A stretch of 64,000 bases of DNA from Alphaproteobacteria bacterium (lineage in GTDB: Bacteria; Pseudomonadota; Alphaproteobacteria; MPNO01; UBA830). Under the pieces are notes generated by a model, which ran no database searches, had not been told where the DNA came from, and saw only the letters and a list, made by a program, of their open reading frames with translations. Each line of letters begins with the position of its first letter. Position 1 is the first letter of the stretch. Both the position numbers and the translations under genes were made by a program. The stretch is taken from assembly GCA_965243135.1 (NCBI GenBank), contig OZ251539.1:1760001-1824000 (forward strand), written 5' to 3'. This document shows positions 9,821 to 19,382 of the stretch, piece by piece.

Positions 9821-10690
9821 ATGAAAATTATGCCGATTTCGCGGGCGGGAGGCGCCGAGATCAGCGGCCTCGATCTCGCGACGAAGCTGACTGCGGAGGA
9901 AGTTTCCGAGATCCGTCAGGCGTTTCTCGAATTCGGAGTGATCGTTTTCCGCGGCCAGAATTTGTCGGACGCCGATCAGCTTCGTTTCTGCGAATGCATG
10001 GGGGGCGTCGCGCGGCGCGGAAAACCGCTGGAACGGCGACAGCGAGATCGGGACAGCGCGTACGGCGGCAGCGTCCACATGGTGACGAACGCCGTAAAGG
10101 ACGGCGCGCCGCTCGGTTCTTTCGGCGACGGCGAGGTCTGGTTCCACCATGACGGGAGCTTCAAGGAGATTCCCTATGCGGCGACCGTCCTTTATTCGCT
10201 GGAGATTCCTTCGACCGGCGGGGAAACCGTTTTCGCCAACATGTATTCCGCATACGACAAGTTGCCGCAGCCCACGAAGGACCGCCTCGAGGGTCTCCAC
10301 GCCCTGAACGTTTACGATTACGCCCGCACGGGACGCGTCGATCTCAGCCTCGACATCGCGACGATGAATCACTGGGTTCATCCCGTGGTGATCCGGCATC
10401 CGGACACCCGGCGCCCGGCGCTTTATGTCAGCCCGCTTATCACCGCGCGGATCGAAGGGATGGGGCAGGACGACAGCGACGCCTTGCTGGAAGAGCTGTT
10501 TCGGTTCGCTGAGGACGACGATCTGATATTCGAGCATGCATGGCGAGTCGGCGACCTCGTGATGATGGACAATCGCTGCATTACGCATGCCCGGAAGGAT
10601 TTTCCCGCAAGCGAACCCCGGACCCTGCGCCGAACGATGGTGGAAGGCGTGCCGATCGCGACGCCGCGTTGCGGCGAGAATACTGCGTAA
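9821..10690 (+). CDS. TauD/TfdA Fe(II)/2-oxoglutarate dioxygenase
   Basis: WFHHDG (HxD), GGETVFAN, WRVGDLVMMDNRCITHAR. Confidence 0.92.
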   Translation: MKIMPISRAGGAEISGLDLATKLTAEEVSEIRQAFLEFGVIVFRGQNLSDADQLRFCECMGGVARRGKPLERRQRDRDSAYGGSVHMVTNAVKDGAPLGSFGDGEVWFHHDGSFKEIPYAATVLYSLEIPSTGGETVFANMYSAYDKLPQPTKDRLEGLHALNVYDYARTGRVDLSLDIATMNHWVHPVVIRHPDTRRPALYVSPLITARIEGMGQDDSDALLEELFRFAEDDDLIFEHAWRVGDLVMMDNRCITHARKDFPASEPRTLRRTMVEGVPIATPRCGENTA

Positions 10691-11173
10691 ACACCCGGTT
10701 CGCCGGACGTTGACGCGCCGCGCCCGAAGCATTATCTGTCCGCATGCAGGCATTGGCCGGTCCACTCACCGATGGCCATTGCCGGGCGCCGCGGCTCGGG
10801 TGGGAGCCGCGAGCACCATGTCCTACCCATAGCCCCGTTCGCAGGCGCCCGGGCGTCCGGCCCGAAAGAACGTGAGGCCGGCCCACCGCCCTCCGTCGAT
10901 ATCGGCGACCATGCCCACCGTTCCGCCCTTGCCTGTCTTGACCTCCCGGGCGTAGCGGCGGCGGTCTGCGGGCGACGAGAAGGTCTCGGGCCGCGCCCCC
11001 TCGCCGACGACGAAAGCCGCGCGGGACGGGACGCCCGGCGCGGCGCCGCGCTATCGCAGCCGGAGAAGCAGCGCCAACGTCAACGACCGCCGACGGCTTC
11101 GGCAAGGCGCGCCTTGCGCTGCGCTCCGCCGAGGCTTGAGCGCAAATTTTCCGGCCAAGTCATCCGGCGAGGG

Positions 11174-11875
11174 TCATACGCCGAGATATCGGTGCTGCAG
11201 ATCTTCGCTGGCGCGCAACTCCGCGGAACCGCCGTTCCAAACCACCTTTCCGCGCTCCACGATATAGTGACGGTCGCCGATCTGCGTCAGCGCCTCGACG
11301 CTTTTGTCGATGACCAGAATCGACTGGCCGCGCTCCTTGAGCCCCGCGAGGCACTTCCATATCTCGAGACGGATCAGCGGCGCCAACCCCTCCGTCGCTT
11401 CGTCGAGGACAAGGAGCCTCGGGTTGGTCATAAGCGCTCGCCCGATGGCCAGCATTTGCTGTTCGCCGCCTGAAAGCTGGTTGCCCATATTGTTCAGACG
11501 GTCGCCGAGATTGGGAAACATCTCCACGACCCGTTCGAGCGTCCAGGGATCGGAGGCGCCGGACCGGTTGTCCGCAGTGGCGACCAGGTTTTCGCGCACC
11601 GTCAGGTTGGGAAAGATCTGGCGGCCTTCGGGAACGATGCCGAGTCCGAGCTTGGCGATCTTGTAGTCGGGCAGCTCTCTCATCTCCTGTCCCGCGAAGG
11701 AAATGGAACCGGCATGCGCCCTGATCATCCCCATTATCGCGCGGATGGTCGTCGTCTTTCCCATTCCATTGCGCCCCATCAGCGACACGACCTCCCCCTC
11801 GTTGACGGTGAAGGACATGCCGAAAAGGACCTGGCTCTGACCGTAGGAAGCCTCGACGTTCCTGACTTCAAGCAC
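11174..11875 (-). CDS. livF: Liv-type ABC transporter ATP-binding protein (LivF-like)
   Basis: GRNGMGKT, LSGGEQQML, LDEATEGLAP. Confidence 0.92.
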   Translation of the reverse strand: MLEVRNVEASYGQSQVLFGMSFTVNEGEVVSLMGRNGMGKTTTIRAIMGMIRAHAGSISFAGQEMRELPDYKIAKLGLGIVPEGRQIFPNLTVRENLVATADNRSGASDPWTLERVVEMFPNLGDRLNNMGNQLSGGEQQMLAIGRALMTNPRLLVLDEATEGLAPLIRLEIWKCLAGLKERGQSILVIDKSVEALTQIGDRHYIVERGKVVWNGGSAELRASEDLQHRYLGV

Positions 11876-12632
11876 CCGCCGATACCTCGTCTTCGCCGAG
11901 ATACGCGGCCCGCACCTCGTCGTTGTTGCGAATCTCGGACGGCACGCCGGTCGCGATCGCGCGTCCGTAAACCAGCACGGTCAACCGGTCGGCGAGAGTG
12001 AACACGGTGTCCATGTCGTGCTCGATCAGTACGATCGAATAGCGGCCCTTGAGCGCGGCGAGGAACTTCCGCATGTTCTCGGAGTCCTCGGGGCCCATGC
12101 CCGCCGTGGGTTCGTCGAGCAGCAGCAGCTTGGGACCGGTCGCCAGCGCCATCGCGATCTCGAGTTGGCGCTGTTCGCCGTGGGCCAGATTTCCGGCCAG
12201 CACCAAGGCCCGCTTGCCGAGCCCCACGTCGTTCAGAATGCCGCGCGCCGGTTCCGTCAGCTTGGGATCCGTCGACGCGCGAACCCAGAACCTGAAACTG
12301 TGACCGGCGCGCGCCTGGATCGACAACGCGACGTTCTCCAGCGCCGTGAAGTTGCGGAACACGCTGGTGATCTGAAACGAGCGGGCAAGTCCGGCATGAG
12401 AGCGGGCCGGCGCCGACAGATGGCCGATGTCCTTGCCGTCGAAGACGATCCTGCCGGCATCCGGCGCGAGCATGCCCGCCAACTGGGCCACGAACGTCGT
12501 CTTGCCCGCCCCGTTGGGGCCGATCACGGCGTGTATCTCGCCCGGCAGGACGTCGAAATCCAGGTTGTTGGTCGCGGTGACGCCGCCAAAGGACTTGGTC
12601 AGTCCTTCGACCCTGAGAATGGGTTCATTCAT
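11868..12632 (-). CDS. livG: Liv-type ABC transporter ATP-binding protein (LivG-like)
   Basis: GPNGAGKT, RSFQITSVF, LLLDEPTAG, AYLG. Confidence 0.92.
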   Translation of the reverse strand: MNEPILRVEGLTKSFGGVTATNNLDFDVLPGEIHAVIGPNGAGKTTFVAQLAGMLAPDAGRIVFDGKDIGHLSAPARSHAGLARSFQITSVFRNFTALENVALSIQARAGHSFRFWVRASTDPKLTEPARGILNDVGLGKRALVLAGNLAHGEQRQLEIAMALATGPKLLLLDEPTAGMGPEDSENMRKFLAALKGRYSIVLIEHDMDTVFTLADRLTVLVYGRAIATGVPSEIRNNDEVRAAYLGEDEVSAGA

Positions 12633-13575
12633 CGGAAATGTTCTCTTTCCCCGGCAGCAGCCCCCATAGTCCACGCTTGGCGAACAGCACGAGCAGGATG
12701 AGGAGCGGCCCGAAATAGAACTGCCAGTATTCCGTGAACCCGGAGAGGAAATCCTCCAGCATTATGTAGCCGAACGCGCCGAACAACGGACCGAAAAGCG
12801 TGCCCATGCCGCCGACCATGACCATGATCATCAGTTCGCCCGAGCGGAACCAGTGCATGTATTCAGGGGTCAGGAACTCCGTCAGGTTGCCGAGCAGGAA
12901 TCCCGCAAGGCCGCAGACCACCCCCGCTATCACGAAGGCCGTCAGGCGGTACCGGAAAGTCGGATACCCGATCGCCTGCATGCGCGCGTCGTTCGATTGC
13001 GCGCCGCGCACCACCATGCCGAAACGGGAATTGACGATCTTCCAGAGCACGGTCGTCGTCACGATCAGGGTGCCGAGGATCAGATAGTACATGTTCCATG
13101 TTTCGTTCAGGTCGAAGAACGCGAAGAACTCGCTGCGCGTATCGATCGGCAATCCGTCGTCGCCGCCGTATTCCTCGAGGCTGATGCCGAGAAAATAGAA
13201 CATCTGGGCGAGCGCGAAGGTGATCATGATGAAGTAGATGCCGCTGGTCCTGAGCGAGATCAGGCCAAGAACGAAAGCGATCGCGGCGCAACCTGCGATG
13301 CAGACGGCAAGCTGCAGCCAGCCGTTGGTGACTTCGTAGTACGCGAGGATGCCGACGGCATACGTGCCGAGTCCCATATAGAGGGCATGGCCGAAGCTGA
13401 TCATCGCGCCGTAGCCCAGAATGAAATCGAGGCTCATCGCGGCGATCGCGAAGATCATCACCCGCGCGATCAGATCGACGTAGAACGGCTCGTCGATAGC
13501 CTCGGCGACGACGGGCAGCGCCGCCAAGACCGCGAAGCAGCCGAGCAGGAACGAAATCTTCAGGCGACTCAGCAT
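12625..13575 (-). CDS. livM: Liv-type ABC permease (LivM-like)
   Basis: ISFGHA, GIYFIMIT, GGDDG, VGGMGTLFGP. Confidence 0.9.
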   Translation of the reverse strand: MLSRLKISFLLGCFAVLAALPVVAEAIDEPFYVDLIARVMIFAIAAMSLDFILGYGAMISFGHALYMGLGTYAVGILAYYEVTNGWLQLAVCIAGCAAIAFVLGLISLRTSGIYFIMITFALAQMFYFLGISLEEYGGDDGLPIDTRSEFFAFFDLNETWNMYYLILGTLIVTTTVLWKIVNSRFGMVVRGAQSNDARMQAIGYPTFRYRLTAFVIAGVVCGLAGFLLGNLTEFLTPEYMHWFRSGELMIMVMVGGMGTLFGPLFGAFGYIMLEDFLSGFTEYWQFYFGPLLILLVLFAKRGLWGLLPGKENISDE

Positions 13576-13579
13576 GGCG

Positions 13580-14503
13580 TCAACCCGTCCGCGCCGGGAA
13601 AAGACCCTGCGGCTTGAAGAACAGTATGGTCGCCATGAGTATGTAAACGAGCATCGAAGCCAGAGCCGGGCCGGCCGTCTGCGCCGCTTCGGCCGATACG
13701 ACTTGAAGCATGACGAAGGGGAGGATGGAACGGCCGACCGTTTCGAAGATGCCGACGATTATCGACGCCACGAGAGCGCCGCGAATCGAACCGATGCCGC
13801 CGATGACGATGACCACGAAAGCGAAGATCAGCATTTCTTCGCCCATGCCGCTCTCCACGGAGAGCAACGGAGCCGCCATCAAACCGGCAAGTCCGGCGAA
13901 GACGGCGCCGAGACCGAAGACCAGGGTATAGAGAAACCGGATGTTGACGCCCAGGGCACCCACCATCGGCCGGTTGCTTGCGCCCGCCCGGATGAGCATT
14001 CCGACGCGGGTCCGCGTGATCACCCAGTACAGCGCGACCGCGACGGCGATCCCGACGCCGATAACGATCAACCGGTAAACCGGATAGGGCGCGCCCGCGA
14101 TGATCTCGACGTTGCCCGAAAGCCAGTCCGGCAGCGTCAGCGGCTGCGCGTCCACGCCCCAGACGAGCCGCACCAATTCGTTGAAGAACAGGATCAGGCC
14201 GAAAGTGGCCAGGACCTGGTCCATGTGGTCGCGTTCGTACATCGTTCGCAGCACGACGAACTCGACGATCATTCCGATGACGAGCAGCACCGGCACCATC
14301 AACACGAGGGACAAAAGCAGGCTTCCGCTCCAGGTGAAAAACGTCGACGCAAAATAGGCGCCGAGCATGTAGAGCGAGCCGTGCGCCAGATTGACGACGT
14401 TCATGATGCCGAGGACCAGAGTCAGGCCGGCCGATATCAGAAAAAGAAAAACGCCGAACTGGATCCCGTTCAGGAACTGCTCGACGAACAGCAACCAGGT
14501 CAT
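13580..14503 (-). CDS. livH: Liv-type ABC permease (LivH-like)
   Basis: GLTLVLGIMNVVNLAHG, VIGGIGSIRG, KPQGLF. Confidence 0.92.
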   Translation of the reverse strand: MTWLLFVEQFLNGIQFGVFLFLISAGLTLVLGIMNVVNLAHGSLYMLGAYFASTFFTWSGSLLLSLVLMVPVLLVIGMIVEFVVLRTMYERDHMDQVLATFGLILFFNELVRLVWGVDAQPLTLPDWLSGNVEIIAGAPYPVYRLIVIGVGIAVAVALYWVITRTRVGMLIRAGASNRPMVGALGVNIRFLYTLVFGLGAVFAGLAGLMAAPLLSVESGMGEEMLIFAFVVIVIGGIGSIRGALVASIIVGIFETVGRSILPFVMLQVVSAEAAQTAGPALASMLVYILMATILFFKPQGLFPARTG

Positions 14504-14544
14504 CGCGCCACCGCGTCAGAACGGTCCTTGCCGGGGAAAGCGCT

Positions 14545-14573
14545 CCGGGAAACGCCGCAAGGGCGTTCCCCGG
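14545..14573 (-). terminator. Intergenic stem-loop between SBP and permease genes (mRNA stabiliser or partial terminator)
   Basis: CCGGGAAACGCC-GCAA-GGGCGTTCCCCGG imperfect hairpin just after the SBP stop. Confidence 0.35.
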
Positions 14574-14591
14574 AACGGAAGACTGCAGAGC

Positions 14592-15776
14592 CTACCACTT
14601 CATCTTGCACTTCTTGTAATGGCTGTCCTTGGCCTGCGCAAAGACCTTGCCGCGCACGACGATCTGGGGATTGCCGTCGGCATCGGCGATCACCTCGCGC
14701 TTGTAATAGTCCTGGATCGGGCTGTGGTTCACGTTGAAGGCGAACTTGCCTCGCGGCGACTTGATGTCCGCCGTCCGCATCGCGTCGCGGATCGCGTCGT
14801 GGTTCTTGAGGTCTCCCTTGGAGCCGCGGACGCCGAGGTCGATCAACAGCGCGCCGTCATATCCCTGGACGGAGAACATCGAAGGATGATGGCCGTACTT
14901 CTTGATGTAGTCCTTGATGAAGCGCTGGTTGACTTCGTCCTTCGAATCGTTGTCCCAGAAGGTCGTGTGGTAGCTTCCGATCGCGTTCTTCCCGTGGGCC
15001 TTGAGAGTCCCGTAATCGACCGTATAGACGGTATAGAGCTTCACGTCCTTGTCGAGTCCGGCCGCCTTGTACTGCTTCATGAAGGATACGCCCATCGCGC
15101 CGGGGAGGAAGCCGAAAATCGCCTTCGGCTTGATGGCGCGCATCTGCGAGATTTCCGCCTGCCAGTCGCTCTGGCCCAGCTTGTAGAGGATCTTGCCTTT
15201 CGTCTTCTGCTGGTACTGGCGATTGAAGCCGGCCAACATGTCCTTGCCCGCCTGGTAATTCGCCGAGAGCTCGAAGACGTCGCTCACGCCCTCGTCGCGC
15301 ATCAGCTTGCCCATGGCTTCGGGAATCATGTCGTTGTTCCAGGACGCGCGGAAGAAGTACGGATTGCAGTTCTTGCCGTCCATGCCCGACCAGCCCGCGT
15401 TGGTGCTGATCAGGAAGGTCTTGGCCCTGAACGCCTGCTTCCAGACGGCGGCAAGGACGTTCGACCACGTGATTCCGGCGACGAAATTCACCCTGTCCTT
15501 CTTGATGTACTCGTTCATGACCTGGCGGCCGACATCAGGCTTGTGCTGGGTATCCTTCTTGATCACTTCCGCGGTCAAGCCGCCCAGCTTGCCGCCGAGG
15601 TGATCCTCCACCGCCAGCATGAACCCTTCCCACTGGTAACGGCCGAAGATGCCGCGACCGCCCGGAAAACCGTTCATGAAACCGACCTTCACGCTTTCGG
15701 CGAAAGACGGCGACGCCGCCGGCGCGGTCAGGAACGCCGCTGCCGCGGCGGCGGCGAAAAGAACCGATTTCTTCAT
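14592..15776 (-). CDS. Liv-type ABC substrate-binding protein (aromatic-acid binding subfamily)
   Basis: MKKSVLFAAAAAAAFL signal peptide, GGKLGG, ANYQAGKD, GYDGA, SPRG, PIQDYY. Confidence 0.9.
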   Translation of the reverse strand: MKKSVLFAAAAAAAFLTAPAASPSFAESVKVGFMNGFPGGRGIFGRYQWEGFMLAVEDHLGGKLGGLTAEVIKKDTQHKPDVGRQVMNEYIKKDRVNFVAGITWSNVLAAVWKQAFRAKTFLISTNAGWSGMDGKNCNPYFFRASWNNDMIPEAMGKLMRDEGVSDVFELSANYQAGKDMLAGFNRQYQQKTKGKILYKLGQSDWQAEISQMRAIKPKAIFGFLPGAMGVSFMKQYKAAGLDKDVKLYTVYTVDYGTLKAHGKNAIGSYHTTFWDNDSKDEVNQRFIKDYIKKYGHHPSMFSVQGYDGALLIDLGVRGSKGDLKNHDAIRDAMRTADIKSPRGKFAFNVNHSPIQDYYKREVIADADGNPQIVVRGKVFAQAKDSHYKKCKMKW

Positions 15777-15894
15777 GGATCTCTCCCTTGCAGGATTGCA
15801 ATTGTGAAACGAGACTGCACGACCCGATACTAGCCTATCCGGCCGATGTCCGAAAGCCCTCGATCGACCGCCATTTTCGACCCTTCCCTGCCCG

Positions 15895-16371
15895 ATGCCG
15901 CAAGCAATCCGAACGCTGATCGATCGTCTCCTTCGTCGCTCCCGCCGAGGCGTTCCGCTGTCTCCCGACCTGCCGGAAGCGGATCGCAGACGGGTGCTGG
16001 CCGACATGCGCGCCTGCCTCGACCGAAGCGGCGGCGCTCTCGCCACCCTGCGGCGCGCCGATGCGCTGGCGAGCGCTTACCGGAAACTCACTCCGCTCGG
16101 CAGGGCGCGGTTCGCCGACGCGATCGTTCAACTCGGCATGGAAGCGGACCACTACGCCAGGATCGAAGAGATGGAGTTTTTCGGGCGACCGGCCGACAGG
16201 CTCGCGGCGCTCGAGTCGTTCGCGCCGCCTGCGAGACGAATGCTCGAGCTGATCCGGGACGCGGCGGACGGCGGCGAAGCGCTCGACGGGCTGAGGCAGG
16301 ATGGCCGTCTGGTCGCCGAAATCGACGCCGTGACGATCCGCGAGGACGAACGCTCTCCCCTTTCAGGGTGA
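15895..16371 (+). CDS. Stand-alone protein resembling the N-terminal helical domain of malonyl-CoA decarboxylase
   Basis: LSPDLP..MRACL..GG...RA..L..AY..L...GR.RF ... PP.RR.L......G...L..LR.D follows the MCD N-terminal pattern; no catalytic domain. Confidence 0.5.
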   Translation: MPQAIRTLIDRLLRRSRRGVPLSPDLPEADRRRVLADMRACLDRSGGALATLRRADALASAYRKLTPLGRARFADAIVQLGMEADHYARIEEMEFFGRPADRLAALESFAPPARRMLELIRDAADGGEALDGLRQDGRLVAEIDAVTIREDERSPLSG

Positions 16372-16583
16372 ACGGCCGCCGCCGGGAAGAGGAGCGATCA
16401 TCGTTCGCGAGGCGCCGCCGGGCGGCGCGGCCCGCAAGCGGAAGCCTCTCCGCGCCCGGACGAATCCTGCCTGACCGGCACCGCGGCCGCCGGGAACCTG
16501 AACGCGGACGCGGCGGACGGACGAAGGGTTACCGAGCAGCCGTCCGCCATGTTATCTTTCATTGGAACAGGGAGAAGCGCCGT

Positions 16584-17591
16584 ATGTCCAGCAAACTCCG
16601 GACCGCCATCATCGGCTTGGGCTGGTGGGGAAAAATCCTTACCCAGACGCTTGAAAGCAGCGAACGGATCGACGTCGTCCGCCTTTTCGACATCGACGAG
16701 GAAGCGGGCGGCGCGTTCGCCGCCGAACGCGGCATCGAATTCGCGAGCAGCTTCGAATCGGCGATCAGTGATGCCGGCGTCGACGCCGTCATCCTGGCGA
16801 CGCCGCATTCGCTGCACGAGAATCAGATCGTCGCGGCTGCCGGAGCCGGCAAGCACGTTTTTTGCGAAAAGCCCCTCTGCCTCGACCGCGCAGCGGCCGT
16901 TCGCGCGCTTGGCGCCGTGAAATCCGCCGGCGTTCGGATCGCGATCGGCCACGAACGCCGCTTCGAACCGCCGATCATGGACGCCATGGAACTCGCGCGC
17001 GCAGGGCAGCTCGGACAGCTTGCCCACATCGAAGCGAATTTCAGCCATGACCTCTTCGCCGCGATCGACGATTCCAACTGGCGGCTCGACTCCGCGGAGA
17101 GTCCGGCGGGAGGGCTCACCGCGACGCTCATCCATCTCACGGATCTGTCGATCAGCCTGTTCGGCCAGCCGGAGCGGGTGCTGGCTTCCTGCGAGTGCCA
17201 TGGCGGCGTCGTGAGGAACGGCGACACGCTGGCGGTGCAGGTGAAGTTCGAGGGAGGCCGGACCGCCTCCCTGAACGCCCTCACCCACACGCCGTTCTTT
17301 TCCCGTTTCGCGATATTCGGCACGAAGGGCTGGACGGAGGTGCGCGACAAGGCTCATGTCCAGGCGCCGGAAGGCTGGTTCCGCGCGACCTGCCTGCAGG
17401 GCGGCAAGGCGGAAACGATCGAATACGACGTGGCCCAACCGGTTCTGGCCAACCTCGATGCCTTCGCCGACGCGGTGGCGGGAAAGGGAAGCTATCCGAA
17501 CGCGCCGGAACAGATGCTGATGAACGTTTCGTTGCTCGAAGCGATCGTGAAATCGAGCAAGTCCGGAGAAATCGTCGCGATAGAACGCTGA
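16584..17591 (+). CDS. Gfo/Idh/MocA oxidoreductase
   Basis: IIGLGWWG, ATPHSLH, HVFCEKP, GHERRF. Confidence 0.92.
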   Translation: MSSKLRTAIIGLGWWGKILTQTLESSERIDVVRLFDIDEEAGGAFAAERGIEFASSFESAISDAGVDAVILATPHSLHENQIVAAAGAGKHVFCEKPLCLDRAAAVRALGAVKSAGVRIAIGHERRFEPPIMDAMELARAGQLGQLAHIEANFSHDLFAAIDDSNWRLDSAESPAGGLTATLIHLTDLSISLFGQPERVLASCECHGGVVRNGDTLAVQVKFEGGRTASLNALTHTPFFSRFAIFGTKGWTEVRDKAHVQAPEGWFRATCLQGGKAETIEYDVAQPVLANLDAFADAVAGKGSYPNAPEQMLMNVSLLEAIVKSSKSGEIVAIER

Positions 17592-17677
17592 CGGGAGACC
17601 CTTCCCCTCGCCCCGGACGGGGCCGGCGGCAGGCGCTCCCCGCTTCCGCCGGGACGCCGAGCCGGACAAGCTTTGGG

Positions 17678-18310
17678 TCAGGATTCGAGGCCGCGTTCCG
17701 AAACGGCGGCGTGCCAGCGGTGGACGTTGCCGCATTCGTCGGGTATCGGCAACCGCCGAGAAACGCCGAAATCGATGGCGCAATAAGCGGTGATGTCGGC
17801 CATCGTGAACCGGTCGCCGACAATGAACTCGTTTTCGCCGAGCCTTCCGTCGAGCTTGGCGAAGAACAGGCCGAGACGAAATCTGCCGCGTTCCGCAAGC
17901 TCCGGTATCTGGGGGATTTCGCGGTCGTAGCCGGCGAGGCCGCGGCCGGCGAACGCCTTGTGGGTGTTGCGGAAATATTCGGAAACCGCCATCAGTCCTT
18001 CCCATTCGGCGACGCGGTCCCACATCTCGACCAGCGCCGCCTCCTTCGGGTCGCGGCCCATGAGCGGGCGTTCGGGATTGAGAGCTTCGAGATAGCGGCA
18101 GATCGCGAACGCTTCGCCGATCCAGTCACCGTCGTCCAGTTCGAGAAGCGGCACGCGGCGATGCGGGAAGCTTGCGCAGAACTCGTCGCTCAACCGTCCC
18201 GGATTGTCCGGGTCGGAGGCCTCCGCGACTTCGAGATCGATCCGCTTCTCTGCGAGGAAGAGCTTCACCCGTCGCGGGTTCGGCGCGGTGGACCAACTGT
18301 GCAGTTTCAT
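17678..18310 (-). CDS. Glutathione S-transferase
   Basis: APNPRRV, VPLLELDDG, AICRYLE, FTMADIT; overlaps the stop of the Rieske gene. Confidence 0.9.
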   Translation of the reverse strand: MKLHSWSTAPNPRRVKLFLAEKRIDLEVAEASDPDNPGRLSDEFCASFPHRRVPLLELDDGDWIGEAFAICRYLEALNPERPLMGRDPKEAALVEMWDRVAEWEGLMAVSEYFRNTHKAFAGRGLAGYDREIPQIPELAERGRFRLGLFFAKLDGRLGENEFIVGDRFTMADITAYCAIDFGVSRRLPIPDECGNVHRWHAAVSERGLES

Positions 18311-19323
18311 TCTCTCGCCTCCTTGGCGATCATTTTCTCGATCAGATTGCGCGCTTGGACGACCGGCGCGTCGGCGGCGACGTCGATGCGGCGCCCGGGC
18401 CCTCGATCCAGCGATCTCTGCTGCGCCTCGACGATCTCGACGTCTTCCGAAAATATACGCGAGAACTCCGCGTGCAAGGCGTCGGTGACTTCCGTCGAAT
18501 CGATCCGGTAGTTCCGGCCGACCGACCAGAAATAATGACAGGTCGTTTCGGTTTCCGGCGTCATGAAATGCGCAGTGTGCAGCGTCACTCCGCGCGACCT
18601 GTCGCCCCGCTCCGCGCCGCTGCCGGCCGGCGCGCAACCGATATCGAAGGCGCAGAGCGACGGCGGCGTAAACTCCCACAACAACCAGCGGTCGACGTTC
18701 GCGCCGGTCCCCAGCGCCCGCGCGAAAGTCGGCGACGGAGCGACGTCCATCATCCAGCGCGCCGCCTTCACGCTGCGGGCGGAGCGTTCGATTTTTGGAG
18801 GCGTGTCCGTGATGGCGCTCGAACCGAGCGTGTCGGGGTGGACGAAGGGCGCATGGGTGTTGTCGAGCTGAATGTCGACCAACAACTCGTAACCGCAGTT
18901 CGCATGCCGACGTTCGCCGGTGGCAACCCAGCGCGGATCGTCGCGCCAACGCAAGTCCGGCGGGACGTTGCCGTCGGCCTCTTTCTCGCCGCCCATCCAG
19001 ATCCACAACCAGCCGCAGCGTTCGACCAGAGGATATCGCCTGACCCGCGCTCCGGGCGGGATGCGGGTCTGGCCCGGCACCCTGACGCAGGCTCCCGTGG
19101 CGTCGAACTCAAGCCCATGATAGCCGCACTGTATCCGGTCTTCGACGACGCGGCCCATCGAAAGCGGCAGCGATCTGTGGCAACAGCGATCTTCCAGCGC
19201 CGTCGCCCGGCCCGTCGCGCCTCGATAGAGAACCACGGACTCGCCGAGAAAGACCCGGCCCAGCGGGCCGTTGCCGAGCTCTTCCGAAAGCGCCGCCGCG
19301 TACCACGCATTTCGAAGATACAT
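18307..19323 (-). CDS. Rieske oxygenase alpha subunit, VanA-like O-/N-demethylase type
   Basis: RNAWY, DRCCHR...CGYHG Rieske ligands, DNTHAPFVH, ED..I.EAQQ. Confidence 0.9.
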   Translation of the reverse strand: MYLRNAWYAAALSEELGNGPLGRVFLGESVVLYRGATGRATALEDRCCHRSLPLSMGRVVEDRIQCGYHGLEFDATGACVRVPGQTRIPPGARVRRYPLVERCGWLWIWMGGEKEADGNVPPDLRWRDDPRWVATGERRHANCGYELLVDIQLDNTHAPFVHPDTLGSSAITDTPPKIERSARSVKAARWMMDVAPSPTFARALGTGANVDRWLLWEFTPPSLCAFDIGCAPAGSGAERGDRSRGVTLHTAHFMTPETETTCHYFWSVGRNYRIDSTEVTDALHAEFSRIFSEDVEIVEAQQRSLDRGPGRRIDVAADAPVVQARNLIEKMIAKEARE

Positions 19324-19382
19324 GCCCACCTCGCCGCGTTTCCGGCAAATGCTACTTCGGAAAGCGGGTCGGGGAAAGGAGC

